Assembly: GCA_951406725.2 (NCBI GenBank)
Contig: OX597817.1
Coordinates: forward strand, 159,588,001-159,652,000
Length of the DNA: 64,000 bases
Source: Octopus vulgaris
Lineage: Eukaryota
Direction of reading: 5' to 3'
Both the position numbers and the translations under genes were made by a program. Below the pieces are notes generated by a model that worked only from the letters and a program-made list of their open reading frames with translations, did no database searches and was not told the DNA's origin. Positions 1-13,192 of this stretch are shown here, in pieces. Each line of letters begins with the position of its first letter. The stretch's first letter is position 1.

Positions 1-66
1 CTCTAAAAAGCTATAGCCCCTAAATCTTACCCAACACATATTTCTTCTCACAGATAAACTATAGAA

Positions 67-411
67 CAGTAGTTCCTAACCTTTTCACTACCAAGGACCC
101 CTTTTATTTAAATGAGTTTTCCCATGGACTCCTTTTAATATGCTTATCCTTATGTATATATATATGCAGGTGGCACGTAAAAAGCACCCACTACACTCAC
201 GGAGTGGTTGGCGTTAGGAAGGGCATCCAGCTGTAGAAACACTGCCAAATCTGACTGGGCCTGATGAAGCCTTCCGGCTTCACAGACCCCAGTTAAACCG
301 TCCAACCCATGCTAGCATGGAAAACGGATGCTAAATGATGATGATGAAATTTTGAATTTAGTTCACGGATCCCCAGTACTACCTTTGCAGACTACAGGTT
401 GGGAACCACTG
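67..411. mobile_element. hAT (Charlie/MER5-like) MITE with nested RTE-tail repeat
   Basis: TIRs CAGTAGTTCCTAACC (67) / GGTTGGGAACCACTG (ends 411); 8-bp TSD CTATAGAA (59-66) / CTATAGAT (412-419). Confidence 0.8.
167..347 (+). mobile_element. RTE-type 3' tail / SINE fragment
   Basis: GGAGTGGTTGGCGTTAGGAAGGGCATCCAGCTGTAGAAAC...AACCCATGCTAGCATGGAAAACGG + (TGA)n tail; the same sequence recurs at 6725-6961, 13205-13278, about 27960-28165 and about 31970-32220 (-). Confidence 0.8.
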
Positions 412-592
412 CTATAGATGATCGAGCTTAACATCAATAACATCAGCATCAACAGTCTGGAAAGGGCTGCAACGGATCATGAATACAGTCTTCTCATTGC
501 CAACTTATTCATAAATATAAGCCTTAAACCAGGTGAAGACTTTATACAAAACTATTGTTAAAATCCAAAGGAATTACCTCATCAGCATTATG

Positions 593-625
<33 letters not shown>

Positions 626-1033
626 GTGGCAAGCTGGCAGAATCGTTAGCATGCTGAACAAAATGTTTAGCAGCATTTCGTCCGTCTTAACATTCTGAGT
701 TCAGATTCTACTGAGGTCAATTTTGCCCTCTGTCCTTTAAATAAAATAAGTGCCAGTCAAATGCTAGGGTCAATGTAATTGACTTTTCCCTCCTCTCAAA
801 AACTGCTAGCCCTGCGCCAAAATTTGAGACCATTATCATTATTATTATTATTTAGATTGACAGAATCATCACAGCATCAGACAAAATGCCTTCTGGTATT
901 TTTCACAGCTCTTTACATTCTAAGTTCAAATCCCACCAAGGTCAACTTTACTTTCCATCTCTTTGAGGTCGATAAGAAAACTCAATAAAAACCAATCAAT
1001 TATGGATCATCAGTATTGACTAAATCAGAAACC
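626..1033 (+). mobile_element. Two tandem decayed tRNA-derived SINEs (family with GCCTTTCATCCTTTCGGGGTCGATAAA body), separated by (TAT)n
   Basis: A-box-like TGGCAGAATCGTTAG and B-box-like GAGTTCA(G/A)AT; homologous to the better copies at 23010-23242 and 49390-49920. Confidence 0.75.
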
Positions 1034-1864
1034 ATTATCCTTATTATTATTATTATTATTGTTGTTATCAGCAATACTGTTTCATTAAAGTCTTGACCTG
1101 TGGATTTGCTTATGCCATATTATTTACATACATTTTGCTTTTTTCCAATCATTTGAAGTTGCAGTTGGGGCATTTTGATAAAAAATCTAAGGTTTTCTGA
1201 CAGAATATGAAGGCATTGAAAGCGAGTGAGATGTGGTAACAATTTCAGTTACTAAATAGTAAAGAACAAACATCCACCACAAATCCTTGTTTCTATGTGG
1301 CTGATGTATGGTTAAGATGAGGTGTTATGAGAGCACAGCAAATCCAATACTGGCACATGGAAACCAGAAACACATATACAACTGTAATATTTTGGTTAGA
1401 TGTTCAAATTTATGATCCTAGCCAACTGGGAAAACAGAAGAGGCGCTATAAACTTCATATCTATAAACTGAATATTTTGACGGAAGGAAACAAGTAAGGT
1501 TCTTTAGTCACTATTATCAAAACAGCGAACATCACATTTAAACAGAAAGCTATCAACGACTGCTTCCAATATCCAAGTAACTCCATAATACTTCCAAGGA
1601 TATATCAGATGACATGAAAGAACTGATTTAGAGATTTTAAGGAAACTCTGCAAAAACTATATTCACACATACAAATATATGTGAAAACAAATATGTAAGT
1701 CAAAGAGCTATGCCAAATAATTTTTTTTTTTGTTAGCACTGATGATTTTCTTGCATAATTACCATACTTCTGACTTGAATATCAATAGACTTTTTTCACT
1801 TTATTTGATATAAATAGAACCCACCACCACTACCATATGTATGTATGTATGTATGTATGCACAC

Positions 1865-1914
<50 letters not shown>

Positions 1915-2732
1915 GTGAAGATTACAAGGCTATGGAATATATAGCTGAACAGTAATATACAGTTTCACTTGAGTGAAAATGAACATGTGGGGAAGTACAT
2001 CTACTGAGTATTTTATCTGCACACATCAAGATAATTCAGTTTTTTTTAAATTTAGAGAAACCCATTTCTTGTTAGAGATGTTTAAAGTAATTCAATATAT
2101 TAGCATGGTTTTGTTAATACTTTTAACAGTGATGCATTTTTCTTTTTTAAATAGACAAAATTCGTTAAGGTTGTTTGTTGAAGGTGAGTAATATATTCAG
2201 ATGGCAAGTAAAATGTTCATACTCAAGAACATTAAAAATCTAAATTTTCATTATCAACTTCAACTGTCCTTTGAAGCATTCCAGCATCTAAATTGAGCTG
2301 TAATGATGATGGTAATTAATAATAATTCTCTAATGTCCATCGTCATTATCAACATATACTCACAAAGTGAGTATATGTTGGAACATCATTTCACTATTTC
2401 GTAAGAAACCAAATAAATACATTTTAGAGAGACACTTCATGGAACCTACCATTACAACAGAGAAGACCTAGTTATTCTTGTCTCCAAAACCAAATAGGTA
2501 GTTGACTGCTCTCTTATTCTTATCTGCAATCAACTTAGATTAACTCAATATAGGATGTATAAATGCATGTGTTCTAGGAGTCCTTGTCCCACTGCCTTCC
2601 TTTGGCAGAGAAGGATAGACAGCCTTTCTCCTGTCCAGTGAACAAAAATTTATGGTGGAGTGACTGAAAAGACTTGGGCAGACACTTTCTTCTTTGTCAA
2701 ACCCTCAATAACTTTGCAATTCCTCTTGGAAA

Positions 2733-2757
2733 GGGAGAGAGAGAGAGAGAGAGAGAG

Positions 2758-2799
<42 letters not shown>
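2733..2799. repeat. (GA)n microsatellite
   Basis: Directly visible; it generates the spurious ORF 2705-3046. Confidence 0.95.
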
Positions 2800-2804
<5 letters not shown>

Positions 2805-5024
2805 AGGTGCTGTACTCCTGTAAATATGTCAGACAGTGAGTAGAACAGTGAGAATGGCCCAGTTGTAGGCTGGAGAATGAAAGTTGGGAGCAAGTGCTTA
2901 CCCATAGTAGTCAGGGTAATCCTAGATGCATGGGCTACCTTGATTGGCCCATGGTGATTGTCCTCCTCTTGAAACATTACCATATTTTGTACACAGTATA
3001 TACAGCTACTTTTCATTTCATTTACTTTCAATGTAACCGCTACCACTTTTGTACCCAGGTCCTATAAAGTACTTTCATCCAAAGCCCATTTGGCAATAAA
3101 AGATTAGTAACTCAGCAGAAATGATCTTTTAGAGTGACAAGGACAGTATACACAAGATAAAAAAAAAGGCTTCAAAAGAAAACAATTAAATAAATTGTTT
3201 CAAAGAAGCTCAATTGACCTGAAGAAAAAAAAAAATGCTTTTCCAACATACTTTGTAGTAAAAATGTAAATTGTAGCTACATAGGATTTCAGACAGGTTA
3301 CCTTCTGTTCACCTCCCCCCCCCCCCTACATATTAAAAAGTATATAAAAGCATACAACAATATTAGTGAATGACCATCTAAAGTAGATTCACATTTTTTT
3401 CTTTCTTCAATTTCTTCTTTGACAATTAATAAAAAGATTTTTTTTTTTTAGCAGTAGATGTGAAAGTGTTTAAATTATACTTATTAAACTGTTGTTGTTG
3501 TGAATGAAATAAAACACAACTATGTATTGAAAGAGAAGAAGAGAACAGCTCAATCCTGTTCAATGTGCAGAATATTATTTATGCTGAAACAGAAGGCAAG
3601 CTGTTAAGCTAGTTTATTTATTGTGTCACTGTTGGATGGAGGTAGAAGCTTTTGTCACTATCTCATACACTATTTTTAGCTGTGCTTTTCTTCTTCTCCT
3701 CCTCCTTCTCCTCGCCTATTTTGGCTACAAACTAGGGCATAAACCATACTAACAAGGAATCAGGTGTCATTAATTCTGTTATCCCTCACAAGTTTGTTGG
3801 TTGCAGTTGAGAGTAAGTTTTTCCAGCAAGCAGTGGCCAGTACTTACTGGACCTAAAGTAGATGATATATAAGTGAAAGAAGGAAAAAATCAAACAATAA
3901 TGAAATATCTGTAGGAGCAATTTAACAGCTAAGAACAACTAAAAGAGCTCAATATCAAAGAATGACTAATCTTACTCCATGTAGTAACCTACTAATTATA
4001 TAGATCTTAGTATCTATAATGGATAGCCTCCTCTGTGCAAACAGTTTTGTATGGAGAACTGCATATCTGTAAATAGCCATACAGATTGCAACATGAACTG
4101 ATCAATGCAACTATTGCAGGCATTACAATACACTAATATTAACTTTAAATGTAATGCAAACATTAAGATTTAAGCTATTGTTTTATTTTGCAAAATATCT
4201 TCTTGTGTAATTGTTTTGAATATATTTTCACATTAACTATAAAAGAGGTTGGCAGCAATATCCTTCAACTATGTACTTAGAAACATCTGACAATGCAGAA
4301 TACTGCTGCTGTTGCTACTGCTACTGTTGCAGCAGTATTCTGCATTGCAGGTTACACATTTTACCACTTGGATATCATTGGTTACAACAATACAAGTAAT
4401 ACTTTTAGCTTGAAACTTTCAGTTTTACACAGAAATTGATTGATCTACTATTTTAGATACCAGTTCACAGATATTTATTAGTAAATATCAATTCAGGTTA
4501 CTACTAGTTTTTTTTTTTTTTTCTTGTTTTCTGTAGGGGAATGTATATATTATTTATTTCCTACCATAAATTCTTGAATTATGAATAGAGATCTAGCAAA
4601 CAGATGATAGATTTTGAGAGAGAGGGAAAGAGAGAGAAAACAATTTCATGAACTGTAATTAAACAATTCTTGTGATATTGACAAAAAGGCAGTGGTGAAC
4701 TTTCACTGACTACTGGGGTGTATTCAAATAAGAGTGATGGAGTATGAGGAGGAAAAAAAAAAAGGGAGTTGTAAGTACAACTTAAGCAAGTAGTAAGGTG
4801 TGCCAAAGGAATGCAAAAAAAATATATTTGCAGCTAACTTTTTTTATCTAGCTACTTATATTTCTCATGTACTTTGTCAATAATTTAGGTTGAGCATTAA
4901 ATGCCATGGAAATCTGGATTAATAGTGCAGCCCCTATTTCTAATAGTTGGTTTATATTTATCACAAAGCCTTTCATAGTATGTATATTGATAGAAAACGT
5001 AATGGAAACATTAAAATAGAAACC

Positions 5025-5059
<35 letters not shown>

Positions 5060-6282
5060 TCACTGCTGCAAAAAACTAGTAAGCAAGCTAATTTCTGGTG
5101 TAGATCAAATGTCACTGAGAACATCTAGGAAACATTGTTTTCTGTCATGTAGACATTGGTTTTGCTTGTGTTACAGTGCAGACAAAAGTTCCAGCAATTT
5201 TGTAATTCTCTATCTGAAGTAGATTTACTGTAAGAAACCAGTGAACATCACTAGGTTAAATGTCAATAGTGGAAAAAAATATATAAGGCAAGTGTGCAGA
5301 ATAAACAAAAATCCAAGTTCAAACAATTAGCAAGAAAGATAAAAGTCAAACAATAATTATAATAGATAGTTATTAAAGCAACAAATTGCGGCGAAGCTGG
5401 AGAGTGGAGAATAATGCTGCGTGTGTATGAGAAAGAAGTGATAGAGAGCTTTGCTATTTTATTTATTTATTTATTTTTATTTTCTTCAGAGTCTAGAACT
5501 ACACATTCTCAGAACACCTTTATTAGAATTTCTGAGCAGCTGCTGTATCTGCTTGTCACATTTCAACTAAACTTCTACACTTCTCTTACCCCCTATTTAC
5601 AGCTGCTGGTGTAAATCTAGTAGTTCTGCTTCCCTCTTTGCAGCCATCTTTACACTTGATGACACTAACCACTAAACTTTACAGTGAAAATATTCCACTG
5701 CCAGGCTGATTAAGGCAAATGTAATGTTTGAAGAACTCAATAATTCAAAACACTCTCGCCCCCCCACTACTTTTATGATTGGACATAAATGACCTAAACT
5801 TCACATCTGATATTCTGAAATTCTGCTGTCTTATTACCTGCATCCATATATTCCAACTTTCTAAAATATAATTATTGCCACAGAAATAAGAGTTGAAATT
5901 ACACTGGGGCTGACTTTTCCTTTTATCAATTACTAAATAAGTAGTTGTAATATACTGCTATAGATATTGTAATAGGTTTTCCCCACTTTCCAGGATTTTA
6001 AAAATGAAAAAAAAATTAACCTATTACCTTCCTTCTAACCATTAGTAAACTAATAATCAACCAATGTAGTCAACATTTAGAAACTATGGATGCTTGGACC
6101 AAGTAACAAAGTAGTTTGCTTTTCAGTCATGAGGTCATGGGTTCATTCCAAAGTGTCTTCTACCATAGTCTCAGATTGATCCAAGACTTGTAAACGAAAT
6201 TTGGTAGATGGAACATTCCCCATCCATATTCTCTCTTTATACAAAAATTGGAACCTTTTTCTGTAAAGAGTTGAAAAACACA

Positions 6283-6640
6283 GAGCATGGCTGTGTGTTT
6301 AAAAGGCCTGCTTTGCAACACTGTGATTACAGATTCAGTCCCACTACACAGCACTTTGGGGAAATGCCTTTTATTATACCCCTCAGACAACCAACATCTT
6401 GTGAATAACTCTGGTTGACGGAAATTGTGTGGAAGCTTGACTCATATACGAGTGCGTGTGTGTGTATGCAGAAGCGTGTTTGTCACCAACAATCACTGAA
6501 CAAATGGCGTTGGTTTGTTCATATCCCCCATAACTTGGCAATTTAGCAAAACACATTGATAGAAAAAGCACCAGAGTTAAAATATAAGAACTGGGGTCAA
6601 TTCGGTCAAGCAAACACTTCTAGCTACTGCCCCAGAATGA
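6283..6640 (+). mobile_element. tRNA-headed CORE-like SINE (decayed)
   Basis: GGCTGTGTG...TTCAGTCCCACT head and internal (TG)n; homologous to 10076-10485. Confidence 0.7.
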
Positions 6641-6724
6641 CGATTTAAAATCTTTTCTCGGCATATTTGGCATTGGAATTTTTTCTTTTGCCCTTGTTTA
6701 TATGTGTGTGTATAAATATGTGCA

Positions 6725-6961
6725 CGTAAAATGCACCAATCTGACCGTGGCCGATGCCAGCCTCGTCTGGCACCAGTGCAGGTGGCACGTAAAAAGCACC
6801 CACTACACTCACGGAGTGGTTGGCGTTAGGAAGGGCATCCAGCTGTAGAAACATTGCCAGATAAGACCGGAGCCTGGTGCAGCCTTCTGGCTTCCCAGAT
6901 CCCCGGTCGAACCGTCCAACCCATGCTAGCATGGAGAACGGACGTTAAACGATGATGATGA
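6725..6961 (+). mobile_element. RTE-type 3' tail repeat, young copy
   Basis: Near-identical to 167-347, CpGs retained, ends in GATGATGATG. Confidence 0.8.
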
Positions 6962-7019
6962 TATACATACATACACACACATACATATATACATATGTAT
7001 ATGCATATATACATATATA

Positions 7020-9127
7020 TTAAACTGCATATTATTATCCTCAGCCTATCTGTAAATTGAGTCCAACTCCTGCTGCAGGTATGCAACATCACTGGGGTTC
7101 TGTATTTTCTGCAAGACTTTCGTATCATCTGCATAGCTTGCTAGAGTGGCTATCCGGGCATATCTGAGAGGGCCACCATAAAAAGAATGGTCCCAAGACA
7201 GTGCCCTGTGGAACACCGCTCGCTATTTGTGTGTTCATAGAGGTGGCTCCATTAGCCACAACTGCCTGACTCCTATCTTTCAGAAAGTCATGTAACCACT
7301 CTCCAAGTTTTCCAGCTATGCCAAGGTCATGCAGTTTGTAGCATATCATACCAAGATCCACCTTGTCCAAAGCTTTTGCAAAATCAAGGTATATTACGTC
7401 CACATTTGATTGTTGAGTAACTGCCTCAACACTCAGTCATAATGTTGTAAGAGCTAGGTCAGGCAGCTCCTACCTGGTCGAAAACCATGCTGGGTATCTC
7501 TCAGCAAGTTATTTTCTTCAAGGAATGTGATTAGTTTCCCTCTGACTATCAGTTCCATGACTTTGCTGATGTGAGAAGTCAGAGAGATAGGCTTATAGTT
7601 TTTGGCATCTGCTCTACTTCCTCCTTTATGCATTGGGCATATGATTCCTTCCTTCAGCTTGCTTGGCAGTTTGCCATTTGTAAGAAAGCTCTGGAAGAGA
7701 ATCTGGAGGGGTTTTGCCAGAGCATGCTTACATGATTTAAGGAGGATTGCTGGGAAACCATCAGGACCAGCAGTTGAGTTTGTGTCCACTTCATCTATGG
7801 CTAGTGGTATATCTTCTTCGCTAATGTCAATGTATTCCATTGTAACTGCCTCGCTGGTTATAGGTGAGGCAGCAATGGAGACCACTGGTTCGTTCACTTG
7901 TCTGTGTTCCAACAGGGTGGTAAAGACACTTTTGAACTGGTCATTCAGTATCTCACTGATCTTAGTTGAACTGTCTGTGAGGGAGCCATCCTTTTGGAGG
8001 AGGGGTCCTATCTTGTAGTGTACTGAGGCTGTTTCTTTCGCATAATGAAAGAAGGCCTTTGGGTTTGACTTAATGTATTTTATAACCCAGGCTTCTTTGT
8101 CTGCTTTCTCCCTCACATAGGATTGCTGCAGCCTTTTTTCGATCTGCATCAGTGTTGTTTTTAGGCGGAACGTCTTGCTACTTTTGGGATGTTGGTTGAG
8201 TCGATTTGCAACCTTTGTCTGTCGTCTCATGAGAATCTTCCTCTCCCTTGGAATCTTGCTCCTATTTGCTTTGGCCTTGTGCTCTGCGACATATTTCTGG
8301 CATATGGCTTGCATAGAAGACATGAAACATTCTAGTTTCATGTCAATGTCTGGTGTGGAGAGACATTCCGGCCAGTCCTCTATAAGGATCTCTTTATGGA
8401 TCGATTTCCAATCTGCTTTGCGGAAGTTCAGATTGGAGAGATTTCGGGTGCTTCCTTTAGGCTGTATGTCTCTGGTTACTTTTGGCCCAAACATAGACAG
8501 CTCTGTTATGTTGTGATCCGAGACTAATGTCAGTGTCACTTTCACATCATGAATGATGTCCATATTGTTCGTGAAGCAGAGATCCAGAATGTTATTCACC
8601 CTAGGTGGTCTGAGTACAGCTTGCTCCATAAATAGGGCATTGGTGAGGTTGAACAGGGACTCCACCTGTTCTTGCTTGCAATGAGTCATTCCCGAGAGTA
8701 TGAGACCTTCAGGCCATTTGACGTTGGGGAAGTTGAAATCACCCATAAGAAATATGGTCACGTGGTGTTCCAGATTCATGAGGATTTCTTTAATTCTTGT
8801 GAGGAAATCTTCAAACTTGCCTATGTGGTTTGGAGCATCCGGTGGGCAATATGTATTGCATATGACTATATTATGTTGTCTTATGTATACAATTAGAGTG
8901 TCACATACCGAATTTGAGTATGACAGTAAGACCTGGGGTGTGAGATCATCACGGATGTATACAGCAACTCCACCATGGCTCCTTTTCCTTCTGTCTGCTC
9001 GCAGTAAGGCATAGTTTGGTACGTGTACTTCTGCATCCTCTATATCAGGGCTGAGGTAAGTTTCCAAGAGTACTATGCATAGGGCTTGATAGCATGCAGT
9101 AAGATCTCTCAGGAAAGAAATTTTGTT
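7020..9127 (-). mobile_element. CR1-clade LINE ORF2 internal segment (APE endonuclease + reverse transcriptase), inactive
   Basis: APE motifs LLETYL, GGVAVYI, MGDFNFP, NNILDLCFTN, SDHN; RT motifs GPDG, NYKPISLTS, QHGFRPGRSCLT, YLDFAKALDKV, SGVPQGTVLGP and YADD (about 7125-7136). Open from 9127 to 7457, then stops and frameshifts; truncated after NNMQF. Confidence 0.93.
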
Positions 9128-9502
9128 TATATATATATACACACACATATATATACATACACATATATATACATACACACATATATAAATACATATACAT
9201 ATAAATACATATACAGACATACACATATATACAGATTATATATATACATATATATACACATATACAGATTATATATATATACATATATATATACACATAC
9301 ATATATACACATACATACATATATATATATACACATATACATATATACAAATTATATATATATACATATATATACATATATACAGATTATATATATATAC
9401 ACACACATATATATACATATATACATATACACATATATATACATATACACACATATATATACATATACATATATATACGTATACATATATATATACATAC
9501 AT

Positions 9503-9543
<41 letters not shown>

Positions 9544-9570
9544 GAGATAGAAAGATAGATAGATAGATAT
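9128..9570. repeat. Compound (TA/CA) and (GATA/GACA) microsatellite
   Basis: Directly visible; source of several spurious Y/I/H/T-rich ORFs and of the first about 33 aa of the 590-aa ORF. Confidence 0.95.
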
Positions 9571-9855
9571 TAAGTGATCCTACAAGTCATTTTCACTTAG
9601 CTTTCTTGTTAGTTTGCTAAAAAAGTGGATCAATGTTAGTAGAAATTAATCAAGCTTGAGATAACAGATTATCAATGAATCCATCAAACTTCCTCATGAA
9701 AAACCTTATACTGATGGGAGAAGTGATGTCAGCTAAAGGTTAGTGCATGGAGAATCTACAACAAACAAGAAGCTAACACACAAGAATGGCTTACTAACAT
9801 ACAATTTCACACGTATCGTTCTAAGTTTGGCAGTACATTTTCTGAAGTATCAAAA

Positions 9856-10037
9856 TACTGTACTTTTGATAACTATAAAAGATGCATAGGCATATTAGAT
9901 GCACCTCAATTTCAGCAGCACATACTCTTGTAAAAATAGGTTTTACAGCTCCAGAGTATGTAATATAGGCTCAACATTTCATATAAAATTCAGGTTGATT
10001 TTTTGAGATATCTTTTAGGGGGAAAAAGTGCATCTTA
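9856..10037. mobile_element. Decayed pogo/Tigger-like MITE
   Basis: TA+CTGTACTTTT...CTATAAAAGATGCA...TTAGATGCACC start and GGAAAAAGTGCATCTTA end resemble CpG-decayed CCGTATTTT...TATAAGACGCAC pogo-type termini. Confidence 0.45.
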
Positions 10038-10075
10038 AATGCCATCAAATAGATAATTGTATCTTATATATATAT

Positions 10076-10485
10076 AGGCGCAGGAGTGGCTGTGTGGTAA
10101 GTAGCTTGCTAACCAACTACATGGTTCCGGGTTCAGTCCCACTGCATGGCACCTTGGGCAAGTGTCTTCTACTATAGCCTCTGGCCGACCAAAGCCTTGT
10201 GAGTGGATTTGGTAGATGGAAACTGAAAGAAGCCCGTCGTATATATGTATATATATATATATATATGTGTGTGTGTGCATGTTTGTGTGTCTGTGTTTGT
10301 CCCCCTAGCATTGCTTGACAACCGATGCTGGTGTGTTTATGTCCCCGTCACTTAGCGGTTCGGCGAAACAGACTGATAGAATAAGTACTGGGCTTACAAA
10401 GAATAAGTCCCGGGGTCGAGTTGCTCGACTAAAGGCGGTGCTCCAGCATTGCCGCAGTCAAATGACTGAAACAAGTAAAAGAGAG
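10076..10485 (+). mobile_element. Full-length young tRNA-derived CORE-like SINE (Octopus OR-type by resemblance)
   Basis: A box TGGCTGTGTGG, B box GGTTCAGTCCC, core-like ACCTTGGGCAAGTGTCTT, internal (TA)(TG) tract, tail ATGACTGAAACAAGTAAAAGA. Confidence 0.85.
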
Positions 10486-10944
10486 TATATATGTTAAATC
10501 AACGGAATTAGGTACTGATTTTAGTTTAGTGTCAAGTGGCTGAGTATTCCATAAACATTTATTCCTTTAATGCAATTCTCAGGTACGCTGTGTGAAAGAC
10601 TAAGCTGGACCCTTTGAATGATTAGTACAGCCCACCGGATGGGTTTTGACAAAATTTTTGTGGTGTAGACATGGCCGTGTCATTAAGAAGCTTGATTCCC
10701 AATGATATGGTTTCAGGTTCAGTCCCACCGCAAAGATAATCCCAGGCTGATCAAAGCCTTGTGAGTGGATTTGGTAGCTGGAAACTGAAAGAAGTCTGTC
10801 ACACACACACACACACATCATCATTGTTTAACATCTGCCTTCCATGCTGGCATGGGTTGTACATATGTGAGTATATATATAATATATATATATTCTTTTA
10901 TGTTTCATTCCAATGACTGTGGCCATGCTGGAGCACCGCCATTG

Positions 10945-11170
10945 TAATCATCTTTCCACTTTCCATCTTCGTCAGAGCAGCTTTTGGTGAAGGATGGAGT
11001 TCGATGCTACTGCTCTCTTTTGAGTTTCTTGCTTAGATTTTGGCTTATCTGGGATCTTGGCGAGCCAGAGGTCAAGTTCACGCTCGAAAATGTCTATATC
11101 CACTCCATGGGGGCTCCTCAGATGCTTCGGCAGACAGTTAAATAGCTGTGGGCCCTTGAAACCCAAGCTA
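10945..11170 (-). mobile_element. 5'-truncated 3' end of a CR1-clade LINE
   Basis: Translates as GFKGPQLFNCLPKHLR...FERELDLWLAKIPD.P...SNSILHQ, the typical CR1 ORF2 C-terminus. It lies 5' of the 7020-9127 body on the - strand, so it is a separate insertion. Confidence 0.8.
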
Positions 11171-11756
11171 TATTATACCTTGTACTGATATCACATGATG
11201 ACTGCAGAAGAAGCATTACTGCAATACAAGTGATTTTGTTGTCTTCCATGAAAAACATATCTGGCCAAGGAGAAATATTACTTTGCTTGGTAATAGGTGT
11301 GTATTAGCAACACTAAGAACATCTGGCCATAGAAAATCTGCCTCAATGAATTGTTTGAGATATGCAAGCCATATCCGTGCCTATAACATGCCTATTTTCT
11401 AATATATAACTTTGCAGAAAATATTTTCAAAATTATTTTAATCAAATTTAATAGCAGCTTTCAGAGCAGTTTCAATACAGCTAAAGAATCTAAAAAGTAA
11501 TTTTCATTCCTTATATCAAAGTGTCTGAAGAGGAAGAATTGTAACCATAACTTCTTTCACTTACACAAGACAGACAGACAGATAGAGTGGGGGGAATCAT
11601 ATTGGTTTTATTTATGTATAGTTTGGAAAATTGGAGACTAGTGTATTGTGAAATCAGATCAGACAGATTGGATTACAGAACTGTATATGATAATTAGAGT
11701 GAAATTTAGGATGTAAGTCTATGAGTGCAAAAAGGAGAAGTAAATGACTCTCTCTT

Positions 11757-11795
<39 letters not shown>

Positions 11796-12832
11796 ATGGG
11801 AGCACAGCAAAGCCAACAATTTCTAAAAAACAGACTATGAAGTAGAATGAGAATGGAGCACTATTAAAGGTTTCCAGGAAGCAAGGTTTTATTTAATCAA
11901 GCAAATAAATTTATTCTAAATGCAGTGCAACACAACATTAGTTCACCAGATATTAACAACAGAATGATATATATTTGAATAAGTTAATGAGAGTCAACAA
12001 TTCCCAAGGTACAAAGCCATCTCTTCTTTGTATAATTTTATCAACATTAAAAATAAGGAAATTCAAGGAAAGATGGACAGAGTCAGTGAGAATGAGTGTA
12101 TGTTGATGAGATAGACAACTTGTAATTTGGGAGTTGTTCCTAGGAATTAAGAGAGGGGATGTAGTTCTGCTTCCTTGAAATAACATTTATGTTCTTGTGT
12201 ATTAAACATTATACCAGATTGCCTGACCTCCAGTGGAGGATACAGTGAAAGCCCTCATTAATGGATATCAAGAAGAAGTTGTTGATATAAGCAGTGGATA
12301 CAAACGAAGGCAGAATGTGTCAACTGCACTGGAACAGCCAATAAGCTTATATCAAAAGCTAAGTATTTCAGCAATAGTTATTTTACTGTAATATAACAAC
12401 AAAGTGGCCAAAATATCATTATCAGAAGCAAATATATACGCCTATGCAGTATGACCAATGGGGAGCTAGTTTTGCCTTTGAGTTAAAACTGAAGTTGAGT
12501 TTTAAATACTCTTTTAAAACTAATGATTTGATGAAACCAAAATCTATTGAATAAGCTTCAGATAAGTGTAATTTACTGCAAAGAACTGTTTTCTTCATTA
12601 TCTTTACCATTAGTTTGTTTATTTCCCCACATGAATGTGGGTTGGATGAGTCTGCTGAACAGTATATCCCCACCAGTATTGATCTTTTATCATCTCTTCT
12701 TTGAGGCTCCACATCCTAAGATATGATTTCACTATTTTATTACACTCTCCCTCAGTTTATCATTTCCTTAAGTAACCTCCACCAGAAACATGTGCCACAT
12801 TCATTTACCACTCACTGTATATACCGCTACAT

Positions 12833-13192
12833 GTTGTATATATGTATATATATATATATGTGTGTGTGTGCATGTTTGTGTGTCTGTGTTTGTCCCCCTA
12901 GCATTGCTTGACAACCGATGCTGGTGTGTTTATGTCCCCGTCACTTAGCGGTTCGGCGAAACAGACTCATAGAATAAGTACTGGGCTTACAAAGAATAAG
13001 TCCCGGGGTCGAGTTGCTCGACTAAAGGCGGTGCTCCAGCATGGCCGCAGTCAAATGACTGAAACAAGTAAAAGAGTAAAAGAGAGTATATATGTTAAAT
13101 CAACAGAATTAGGTACTGATTTTAGTTTAGTGTCAAGTGGCTGAGTATTCCATAAACATTTATTCCTTTAATGCAATTCTCAGGTACGCTGT
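12833..13192 (+). repeat. Local duplicate of 10236-10591 (SINE 3' half + its downstream flank)
   Basis: Direct alignment shows about 4 substitutions and 2 indels; flanked by the 19-bp direct repeat CTGTATATACCGCTACATG (12815-12833, 13189-13207). Confidence 0.9.

Noticed and set aside
258-300. CTGATGA motifs at about 262 and about 18211 as hammerheads
   Set aside because: No stem II-GAAA geometry follows; the first is within the RTE-tail repeat.
7602-9014. Plus-strand ORFs of 74-138 aa
   Set aside because: Antisense shadows of the CR1 ORF2.
7454-9226. 590-aa ORF as an intact gene
   Set aside because: Its start and first about 33 aa come from the microsatellite, and it ends at a premature stop before the RT catalytic motif.
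9045-9514. ORFs rich in Y/I/H/T/C/V (also 24670-25082, 2705-3046, 39336-39785)
   Set aside because: They are translations of dinucleotide microsatellites, which lack stop codons.
10076-10150. tRNA genes at A/B-box motifs
   Set aside because: No cloverleaf; these are SINE heads continuing into SINE bodies.
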